NCBI GenBank assembly: GCA_964036045.1
Contig: OZ038378.1
Span: 22,630,001-22,694,000, forward strand
DNA length: 64,000 bases
DNA from: Eutreptiella sp. 'Long Island Sound 2002'
Taxonomy: Eukaryota; Protista; Euglenida
Reading direction: 5' to 3'
Shown here: positions 54,214-64,000 of the stretch, piece after piece
How positions within the stretch are numbered: the stretch's first letter is position 1
Layout of the letters: each line of letters starts with the position of its first letter
Translations under genes and position numbers: made by a program
The notes under the pieces: generated by a model
What the model saw: the letters and a program-made list of their open reading frames with translations, nothing else
The model's database searches: none
Told to the model about the DNA's origin: nothing

Positions 54214-56650
54214 TTGTTACTGTGGAATCAAATCTATCATGGGCTTAGTGGAGGGAAAAAAGTAAGGCCATTGAACCAGAAAACACCCCAACAAGGCATC
54301 GTGATTTGCACGTCGCGAAGCACCCTAACTGACGCAGTGGGAGAGACTGAAATCAGGGCTCATTCCCTTTCAAACACGAACCATACACAAATGTTCATTC
54401 GTACATACTAATGCACTCCGGCAACAATAGAAGCTTTCACCGTGCTCCAACTTTCGCCTGTCCACGATTCGTTGTAAGTCGTTTGTGATGAATGGTGGAT
54501 AACGGACGTTGATGGGGAGTTTCAGGAAATTTGTGTGCATTTTCACGAGTACAATTATTACTTGCAGCCGCACGTGCTAGAGATCACGATTATTGACTTC
54601 GACGGCCAAGAAAGCGAACTGGAGGGTCAGTGACATTTGGAAATCACGCTCACCTTACTCTGATTGTGGTGCACCTCCTGGTTTCACCTACTTGATACTC
54701 ACATTCAGCAACATACATCAAGAGATCTCATAGCAGGGAGTCCGTACTACTGTCGTTGTCAACCAAAGACCGTTGCACTAGGGCTTCAGCCACAAACTAT
54801 CCGACGTTTCGCCACGGCTCTCGTCAACGTGCTGGTCCAAGAGTAGGCGACAATCACTTCAAATGGCAAATAACTAGCATGTGAGCTAGAAAGCTGCACT
54901 TTGTGTTTTCAAGCATGATGGTTGAGTAAAGCCATCCACGAGCAATTTTGTCACCTGCCTTTTGGTCCACAGCACTAGACGTTAGCTGTTTTTGTCGAGA
55001 ATGCCGATCTAAGGTTTCACTGGCAGTGGGAGTCAGCCGAGATCGTTGTTCTAATCCTTTGTTAACCGTGCAAGTCTGTGTTGGTGACTACCCTTGGCCT
55101 GGTCAGGAAAGCATTTCGGTTTCTGTGTTTCAGAATGCACCTACACCGCAATACGAGGATATATGTACAACATGCGAATGCCGATGTAGTCGGGTTTGAG
55201 CTACATAGTTATCGCACCGCCGCCAAAATGTTTCTCACACGCCAAAGGCATACATAATCTGTGGCGGTTATGGAACTTCGGGCACGCACCGGACGCATTG
55301 GGGACACAGGTGGAGGTCACGGTGTCTCATTCTGCAGGCAACTTGAGTAGAAGTTGGGGACACACGGTACTTTTTCTGATAAGCGTGAGAGGGCAACTAT
55401 GTCGGCGCTCAAGAAACTGAAGGAATCCAAGGGTTCAGTCCAGTATGCAAAGTCTTAAGCGGCTCAAGTTGCATGGTCAAAAATACTTGCGAACATGGAA
55501 ATTGGACAGGTTTAGAACGGCAGCGAAAAAGTATTCTTTTGACTGATTGGGTGAGCGCCTCGTAGGAGATCTTCAAGAAATATATCATTTAAGTGGAGTG
55601 ACTCAGCCCCCGGGTGTTTCCACAACAACAATTGTTTTATGGTGATCTTATGCGCGAGACCTCGCACATAGGGGGATGTTCATGGCAGAATAATGTGTTA
55701 CTGCACGATACATTAAGCAAGTTGTGGACAAGGAGGAAAATACTGTAGGCAGTTACCTAACCTTGTACCCTTATCATGTACCGGCAAACGCGCATGCAAG
55801 AATACATATATTTCCATTTTATTCCATAGGGTAATATATAAATGTATAATTGTTACCGCAGGAACCGCGATTCGATGCGCGAGGCCTCGCGCATAGAATG
55901 GTTCGTCGCAAATGATAAATTTTCACCCTCCAATGCGCGAGGCCTCGCGCCATGGAGGTGTCCGACAATTTGTACAAATGAAAATGGGCAGATCTACCAA
56001 CTACAAAGCATGTACATTCCCTTTGAGGTGGCGCTGCTGTATGGCCGACCCTATAAATCCCGCAGGCATCGCTAGTTTTCATCCTATGGTCATGGCTGAC
56101 TTCACGGCTCAACAACGTTCGTAGCGCCGCGCAACTGGGTACAAGCAGGTAGCATGAACCATCAGAATGCGGGAGCACCTGACAGTTCCTGTGAACCAAA
56201 AATAGTGCGTGCGACAAACGAATTGTCAAGAAGTGGTCGCGCGAGAAGTGTACCACAGGAAGATGATTACTACATGAGGTTTTTTTCCAATTGCGAAATG
56301 CTAGTGATACATTTACAGAAAGTTTGTGACAATGCCATACGCAAGGGGTGGGACCTGGAGAAAATAGTTGCAGCGGCATCTGGGATATTCCGCGATTTGT
56401 GCTCAGAGTAACCGCCGTACCACACGGCCGAAGAGTTCTGGGAAGGGCTAAAAAAAACGGCATAAGGGCGTGCGATTACTTCTTACCTTTTTCCTACTAC
56501 TACACAAAAATGAAAAAACGTGTTGCAACGTTCGAAAAGCAATCGAGTCAGAGGGAAAGAGATGGGTAATCGTTTCGAAAGAGGAGACTTGGCGACTTTA
56601 TTCATGGATTAAAGAAGGTCTGTAGGACAGGCTCCTGACATTGAACGAGC
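54214..56650 (+). pseudogene. Cluster of decayed, unidentified + strand ORFs
   Basis: Protein-like frames continuing through isolated stops at 54214-54660, 54980-55510, 55502-55830 and 56154-56620. Confidence 0.4.
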
Positions 56651-57909
56651 TCTACCGCCTCTACGCAATTTCTCCACCCTTTTCCCCGTGACTACCCATG
56701 CTTCCATGTTTCTCAAAAACCAACCAAATCCCGTAGCCACCCTCTTTGGCAACCCTTGCAATAAAATACAAACACTTGATCAATAAATGTTCAATGACCA
56801 ATGAAGTCAAATAATCGATCACTAAATTGAGTTGAGTGTACCCTCATAAATACATGGACATGATCATGGAAAGGGAACAAATAATAACAGTGTTGGGCAA
56901 GAGGAGAGGAAGAGAAACAGAATAGAAAAGAAGTAGAAGCCCTGGAATAGAATATGCGAGCATCGAAAACACTGTTGCATCCCTACTCCCGGAATCAATT
57001 TCATATACCATGCACATTCAAACTATGTGTTCCTTTGTGCACGTATGACACCATGCTAGCACAACCAGGATTCACCACATTGAGAAAAATGACGTTGACT
57101 CATGGGATCAGGCACGACAAAGTGACATCAAAAAAGTCCATATGGTACATGGCAAAACAAACGGAAATGGTACACAACACAATGGCATCATTCAATTCTA
57201 CATAAGCATGGCCCCACATGGCCCATCCTCACCCTTGCTACAAGACGGCAAAACTAGAATGGAGAAACATGAGTTCCAAAGATGAAAAGTGTTCTCACTG
57301 TGGATCAAGTGTGACACCATGGCCTCCACGACTTGTCCACACCCATGAATCACCAATGAACACATATAAAGAGCTTGCAATGAGTATTACCAAATATGCA
57401 TCCGGAGAGGGACATCACGGCAATACCTGACACCTGGCATGTGTGACACATGCTGGCTATACCTCGGTACTTCACACCGGACACCGGGTGACTATCACTC
57501 AGCAATAACATACTCAATGGCAAGCAAGTGAACAAACTTGGTGGGTTTACTTGCTGCTTGCGAACAAGGCATCAAGAAGGGCCAGCCCACCAAACCTCAC
57601 CTGGTTACTGTATGCAACATACCATTTGCCGGGCTCCCTACGGTTGGAGTGTCGCGAACCAAAGGCATGAATGAAATGCAAAGCCAACAGATAACATATA
57701 CCTCATGCCTTCACATGCGTGGACATGCCACTCAGTCCCATCACCTGGTGCCTAATTGGTTGGGACCCAATGGCATTGGCATACACAAATCTTCATGTGC
57801 ATTAGAAACAATCGGCAAATGGACATGTGAAATCAACATTGCCTAAACGCATGTTCGTGTGACACCGAACGAAATCAATGCATGCTACTTAGAGAGAGTT
57901 TGGGTATGT

Positions 57910-58012
57910 TGTGACGCGGGACATCTCTTTACCCAAACTCTCTTTTTTTTTTTTTTTACAGAGCAAAAAAAAAAAAAAAGAGAGTTTGGGTAAAGAGATG
58001 TCCCGCGTCACA
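57910..58012. repeat. Perfect palindrome, 48 bp arms and 7 nt loop
   Basis: TGTGACGCGGGACATCTCTTTACCCAAACTCTC-T15 / ACAGAGC / A15-GAGAGTTTGGGTAAAGAGATGTCCCGCGTCACA. Confidence 0.97.
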
Positions 58013-59099
58013 TGAAGAGACCTAGACCCGGCCCGGAGAGAGAGTACACATGGAGAGATATCCCATGTCCAATGAGAGCACATCGATGGTGACATTGTCC
58101 TATCCCAAGTAGAGATAGTCCCGCCTCAAAGAGAGACGGTCCCGCTCCAATGTAGGCCTTGAGAGAGATGAACTTGCCGCTACCCGCAGATGGTGCACTG
58201 GAACTGCTGCTTGTTGTCGTAGTACCTTGTGTTGTACTGCTTGAACTATTGTTTGCTGCCTTTGATGCCTTGTGTTGCCATGAATGAAAATCTCAAAGAA
58301 TTGTTGTGTGCTTCCCATAGACACCACCACCATCAGGCAGCAGTTGACCCCTGGACATTGAGCTGCGAAAGAGTCACGTACATTGTTGAATAGTGTGAAC
58401 CGCACGGTCTTCGTCGATGAAGAGGTTCTGTATGACGTACAAAAAACACAGCGTCAGTTGACATCGCGTCTCATCTCTATGATGTGTATGCACTCAGTGC
58501 ATGCTGCAAACATTAACGGGCAACCATTAGATATCAACGTAACCATGACTCTCCTTTTTGGGCACCATTGCGAAGACATGGCGATGCTCCCCATTCTTCT
58601 ATTCTTAGCCTCCCTTTCCATTCCCGATGCCTGAAAATCACATCAAAGCAGACAGCACCAGTTTGCCAGGAGGAACGACCACAAGCGAACCGCGTCACTA
58701 TCTTACATTTCTGACCACCAAAACCGCGGTCACACAAAACCAAGAAAACAACAGTCAGACAGGCTCCCGTGCTTGGACAACGTAGTGCTTGTGCAGGGCA
58801 TCAAATGGTCCGTCGGCAGAACTAGGTGTCCCCGCCATAGAAAATTCCAGCCAATGTGCTCAGGAAATTCTCAGCGGGTACCCAACGCATCCTGGTTTTT
58901 GCTTGCACACGGGGGGGGGGGGGGCTATGTGGAGATGTTTGGCCTGCGCACACCCGGCGCTTTACTTTTCTATTAATTATCCCGACTGCAGCCCTAGATT
59001 TACCCTCTCATCGAGAAGCCCCCCAAGTAGACCACGTTGCACTGCACACCTTCCCTACAAAGCACGTTGCATAATAAAGCAATATCTGTGAGTTGAGCA

Positions 59100-59950
59100 A
59101 CTGTCATTTGTATTGTACTTAACAAACAACATTGGTCCCACAAGTGTGGGTGTCAATACATTCAGAACAATAGTGCTCCTTACAATCATCACAGACTGCG
59201 ACGGTGGACCGCTTCTGGCAACACACCACAGGCACTTTTGCCTCATCCTCTGCCTCATCTTGCGTACCACAACCGAGCAAACAGCTGCTCAGTGCGTGCC
59301 CTATACCACCCGTGCACGTCATTGTAACATTGTTGGCGGGCTGTCAAAGTGCCATTCTTTCTTCCAATGAGAGGCACAAAGACATGAATCCGGCCTTTAT
59401 AAGAACCATCATGGCCGCCAAATTGAAAATCAAAGAAATCACCTCTGGTACGAGAAGGTCCATACCCATCCCAAATCAAAACATCTGCTGATGTCCCGGG
59501 GGCTAAGGGGCGAATCCATATAATGTTGCCCAACATATGAACAGCAACAGTCCACCGGTAGGGCAGGGGTCACAAGAGATGCCCGGCGCGCTAACGTTCC
59601 CCCATGGGACTGGGTTTGGGATGTATTTCAGTGTAAAACGACAACCTTGGGTTGCCCTCGGGATGTCAAGTCACTGGACAAATTGTAACAACCTATTATG
59701 ACACATTTTTCGTGCAATGCGCTGTGTGCTCATCCAGCACTGGGTTGGACACTGTCATTTCCTGATTTCTGTCAAGTTCCCTGTTTGCCTGGAGTACCAA
59801 CTTCGATGGGTCACTCGGGTGTGCCATGAAGGGCATGGTTCTGTCCCACAGCGAAATGAGGCCATGAGTTGTATAATCTGGTCCCCGGTGGAAATGCATA
59901 GGGTGCAAAACATCCACATTCTACCGCTGCCATACTATTTTTGGTGTCCA
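59100..59950 (-). mobile_element. PIF/Harbinger-ISL2EU-type DDE transposase relic with a downstream Cys/His finger
   Basis: VAVHMLGNIIWIRPLAPGTSAD..IW and LTARQQCYNDVHGWYRARTEQLFARL match the DDE_Tnp_4 pattern; then CDDCKEHYCSECIDTHTC. Confidence 0.6.
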
Positions 59951-60415
59951 CAAATGTGTCCCTAGATTATGGTATGGGTGTTTGGAGAACGTTTTATAGT
60001 GATTTCAACACTGTGTTTGTGCCTCTCCTGCTGCTTGCTGCTGGTGTAGGGTTTCCTGCTGCTTGTTTTTGATGAGTAAAATGTTTTATTTGCTGAAGTA
60101 CAACCTATCCAGGATAGCACAAGCCAGAGATAAGCAAGTAGAAGAGAATCAGGATCAAAGCATGAAGGGCTGCAGTGTAAATAGTGAAAGATGTTAGAAT
60201 ATTCACAGAAACTGCAACTCAGGGCAAATCGGATTGCATATTCACAAAGATAGCTGAAATGTTTTGGAAAAAGAGTTGGAAAACTGCCCCATGGTCACTC
60301 AATCTCCATAGTGCCATCTCAGGAGATGTGCACTCTTTGTTTTGGGTCGCATATGTGCTGAGGTGGCAGGGCATGTGGCGATGAGGTTATTGCCATGTCA
60401 CATGGGATCTTCCTA

Positions 60416-60503
60416 CTTAGCTAGGCTGACCGGGAATTGAACCCAGGACCTCTCAAAAAGAGGTGCCCAGCCCCCTAGGGTGCATACCACTAGGATAGCT
60501 AAG
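60416..60503 (-). other. tRNA-derived element (tRNA pseudogene or SINE head)
   Basis: Minus strand has a D-loop/A-box-like CTAGTGGTA and a T-arm/B-box CTGGGTTCAATTCCCGG; no convincing anticodon arm. Confidence 0.5.
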
Positions 60504-61469
60504 AATTCATGAGAAAACATAGATAAATTCATAGGCTCTGCCCTGGATATGTCAGTTCTCAGTCGACTCAGGAAAAGATGAATTGCCTCACACTGATAGG
60601 GGATTAAGGGGTCCACTCCATAACCTGATTTAGTGTTTGGTTCCATAGGTCAAAATGTGTTATCCCCACTTTTGGTTGGACCAATACTAAGATAGAAATG
60701 CCTGTGTGCTCAGTGCATCTCTAATACAACTAGAGTATGCCTCAAAGCATTGGAAAAGCACTTTTTCTTACTCCCCCCTTGTGCTGTGGTGGCCACCACT
60801 GTCGCACCTTCAGGAAAAAGGGATTTTTTCTTGGCCTTTCCTTGGTTTCCACATCTACTTTAAAATACCTATAGTTTCCCTCACACAGAAAAATGGGCGC
60901 TCACCATGGCTGGCGCCTTTTTGCTGCTTTGTTCGTAACATTTCCTACAGAAAGCTCAGCGCTCATGGCGCTGCCGGGGTTCCTGTGGCTTGGTTGGGTT
61001 AGTTTGGGAGCATGCCAAAAACATATGCATGTGCATCCCTCCTCCAAGACGCAGCGCGACACTAACCCAACGCCAGACTCTGTATGGACATCCGCTCTGG
61101 TTGTGAAAGCCTGCTGGCGACCTGCTGTCCTGATCTTAGGGCGAAGGGAGTCGTTAGAAAATCAAATTGCCCCTTGGTGGGGTCTTGGGTTCTGCTCAGT
61201 CTCCTGGCTGCTGCTTTTCGGCCCAGAAAGCGGCCTACTCAGCGACGCTTTCGCGAGGATATCTGCAGAGGCAGGAATGGGAGAATTATGGACGAATCCA
61301 CGCAAGCGCGAAGCGACAACACCTAAATCCGTCAATCGACGGCCTAGAATTTTTCTAAGACAACACACCTGAGCAGAATCCAATTGTGCATCAGAAGCAC
61401 ATTTTTATAAAAATTGTAGTCATCACTCGATTTTTTAAATCAAGAAATTCCTACGCATAAAAAGGCGGC

Positions 61470-62402
61470 GCGCAGGAGCGGCTCCTAGCGAAGCGCCGGA
61501 AAATACAGAAATAATGAGATTATAAATGTATGTCTGACGTAGACTGGAAAATGACGAGACACACATTAATAAATAAACATACAGATTCCACCCACACTGA
61601 CAGTAAGAATCAAATATCCAAGAATTCCAAAATCAACGAAAAGACTTCAATGAATCAGGTATAAACCACAGGTGTGCTCGTCTCGTATGCAGCATGCACA
61701 TTGCTCGTCCCGTGTCTCCGTGAACGAGTCTTGTAGCAGCGCTAACATACGATAGAGGGCTAGATTAGAAAGATTGCAGATGATTAGAGGTCAGATCAGG
61801 GTGATTAGACATACACAGAAGTGCATAGCGACGTTTTTCGCTTGCGCCTCATTTCACGTTCCCACTTGCTCTTTCTCTCCAGCGGTAGGTAAGGTAGGTA
61901 AGCCCAGGTGGGGCCACCCCCTGGTGGAGTTCGTGATCGTGGGTTAGATTTGTAGGAAAAATAATGATCCGAACAGGTTGTTCGCAAACTCGTGCATGCT
62001 CGTGCATTCACACACGCATTAAAGGGTAGGCCACGCGAAATGCGCACGGTAAACCTTGTTTAGGTTACCCAGGGGCTCCTCGGTACGTTCTTTAAGAGAA
62101 CCTGAGGAGTCTCTTAACGCTTGCTTGCTTGACAGGGCGTGTTTGAGGACAGTGTATTATAGGTCACACTGAGAAGCGTATAATACGTGTAGTGTGGCTT
62201 GGTTCCTCAGCCGCAAACACCCCTTCATTGGTCTTTGCTTTACAGGTGGGCAGGTAGGGTGATTGGTGCAGCAGCATACCATTTTTTTCTAGCCCTGCTA
62301 AACAAGGGCGCTGATCACACAAACAATTGACTGCACCTCCGCCAGGAGTGGTGAGGGCAGTTCGACTCCATCGACATCCACGCTGTGCACGCAACAAGAG
62401 CA
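61470..62402 (-). mobile_element. Candidate 3' LTR of the Gypsy element
   Basis: Minus-strand purine tract GGAGGGAAGGGG followed immediately by TG at ~62402; the other boundary is a guess and no second LTR is in the window. Confidence 0.35.
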
Positions 62403-62954
62403 CCCCTTCCCTCCAAGCCCTAGCAGGGGAAACGCGTTGTGGCGTCCCCTGTTAGGCCCACAGTTGCTTAGCAGCGCTGTTTTCTCTTGTCTTCTTCACA
62501 GGAGGGTCATTAGGACTCACGACTTGACCTCCAACAACACCCAGTAGAGCGTGTGTGTAGGAGTGGTAATCCTGAGTGGGGGCTGGAGCCAGTTGCAGAA
62601 GTGCTCGCCCACCAGGATGGTGCCACTGTAGGTAGGGTGTGTAGTGTAGTGGTGTCTTCTGCCCCGTGTGCTTTTCCTCGTGGGCAGGGGAGTGCGTTAG
62701 CTTTTGGCCTTTAGCAAAAATGGGCGTTTTGTATGCCCTTAGCACACTTGGCCACCTCTCCCCTCTAGTAGGTAGGGCTTTCGCCGTCTTCCCCCAAGGA
62801 TAGGCGCCAGCACAGAAATTGGGCGCCATAGGAGTGGTACGGGTACCTGACTAGGACCTTCGGTCCGACATCAGCGAAGCCCGGTCTCCGGGAGCCACGC
62901 CCGGGAGAGAAGTGAGACACACACAGACATACGTAGCACACTTAGGGGTAAGGT

Positions 62955-63545
62955 TCAGTCCCTAGCTTTAGTCTTGGAGGCAAGCGTCTCAGCGAGCCTC
63001 AGCAACTCACCAAGGTTGTTCTGGGACAATTAGTCAACCAGAACTGAGTTTAGGCGTCCCTCAGGTAGAACAAACGCAGAGAAGGGCTCCCAGGTGGCCT
63101 CTTCGACTCCAAACCCTTCTCAGAGGGTGAGGAAGCGCCAACCCTGGCGATAGCGGTGGCGTAGGACAGACTTCACCAGGTAGAAGCCCTCCTTAGCCAT
63201 GTCCTCGGCGTTCATGTCGGGGAGTTCCCCTTCAACTTCCATAGGGCTGGCAGCCCCTTGTAGGTCTAGGGCGGCGATTTCCTCGTCGTTCAGCTCCCAC
63301 TCTTCCCCACAGAGGTCTTCAGGATCATAGTAGCGCTTCAGGTGTTGAGCAGCGCACACCAGGGTCCCCCCTAGACGGCGAGAACACCGCACGGTGATAC
63401 GGTGTCCATCCACTGATGGAATCTTGTACGGCCCGAAGTATGGGTCATCGCTGGTAGAGCGTGGCCAGGCGGGTAGTCGACTGTGGTGCACCAGCACCCA
63501 GTCCCCCTCTTGGTAGGTGGCCTGTACTCGGTGCTTGTTCACCTC
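62955..63545 (-). mobile_element. Ty3/Gypsy chromovirus integrase C-terminus (GPY/F module plus chromodomain) with premature stops
   Basis: YQEGDWVLV...DPYFGPYKI; YLVKSVLRHRYRQGWRFLTL*EGFGVEEATWEP (TGG to TGA at 63120); truncated near 63550 by another repeat. Confidence 0.85.
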
Positions 63546-64000
63546 CCCCCCCATGGGGGGCTTTTAATTGGGGGGCCGGGGAAAGGGGCCCCGCCCCCCT
63601 CCAAAAGCTGTCCTTATGCCATTATATACGATCCGCGCGCCGAAATGAAACATATCCCAAAAGTGTACGATGCAGCCCCTCTAAATGACCGCCTCAAAGA
63701 GCTGATTTGCGCCGTCATATTCGTTTCGATCAATTATGGCTGTTTTGCAAAGTTAGGACGTTTACAAGGTTTCAACTTCTTTACCAGCATCCACTAATTC
63801 CATATAAGCTAGGGATGCGATTTAAAGGTGCACTAGCAAGGTTGAGGTGCCGAACAACACTATATATAAGCCACAGGCCCCAAATCCCAAGAAATCTATT
63901 TGACATATTATTTATTTGCTGTGCACGCGTGCATTTTGCAGTCGCCGGCGTTTGCGATCTTTTATTTTGACTGTCCAAGGTGAAATCGGGCTACAATGCA

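Noticed and set aside
55280-55350. RARTGRIGDTGGGHGVSF resembles DEAD-box helicase motif VI
   Set aside because: Motif V is not at the expected distance and no Walker A or DEAD motif is visible; not enough to call a helicase
57050-57400. Possible LINE C-terminal zinc knuckle (KCSHCGSSVT...H)
   Set aside because: Too decayed; the spacing is incomplete and no RT is adjacent

Overview
Repeat-rich eukaryotic nuclear DNA, not prokaryotic. A euglenozoan (euglenid-like) origin is an inference from the VIPER/TATE-type retroelement order and the TTAGGG-containing satellite. All domain calls come from reading motifs by eye; no database search was run. The backbone is one long + strand gene, about 5.0-50.7 kb. 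I can chain 18 GT-AG exons of it in consistent reading phase (2450 nt, at least 816 aa), with two further tentative 3' exons. It encodes long coiled-coils and two EF-hand pairs. Its introns (60 bp to 10.8 kb) contain: a CGGBP1-like hAT transposase split into a + strand BED/N-terminal half and a facing - strand catalytic half; a composite element with palindromic AT-rich ends and an 84-85 bp tandem array; a 6 kb array of a 48 bp unit with higher-order structure and a GGGTTAGGG core, abutting a second hAT relic followed by a SAP domain; and a decayed tyrosine-recombinase retrotransposon ordered gag-YR-RT-RNase H. Outside the gene lie a foldback repeat enclosing a three-exon pseudogene fragment, an RNase H relic, unidentified decayed ORFs (about 52.7-56.7 kb), a perfect 48 bp-arm palindrome, a Harbinger/ISL2EU-type transposase relic, a tRNA-like element, and the 3' end of a chromodomain-bearing Ty3/Gypsy element. 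I found no rRNA, no convincing intact tRNA and no CRISPR array. Most ORFs in the supplied track are spurious.
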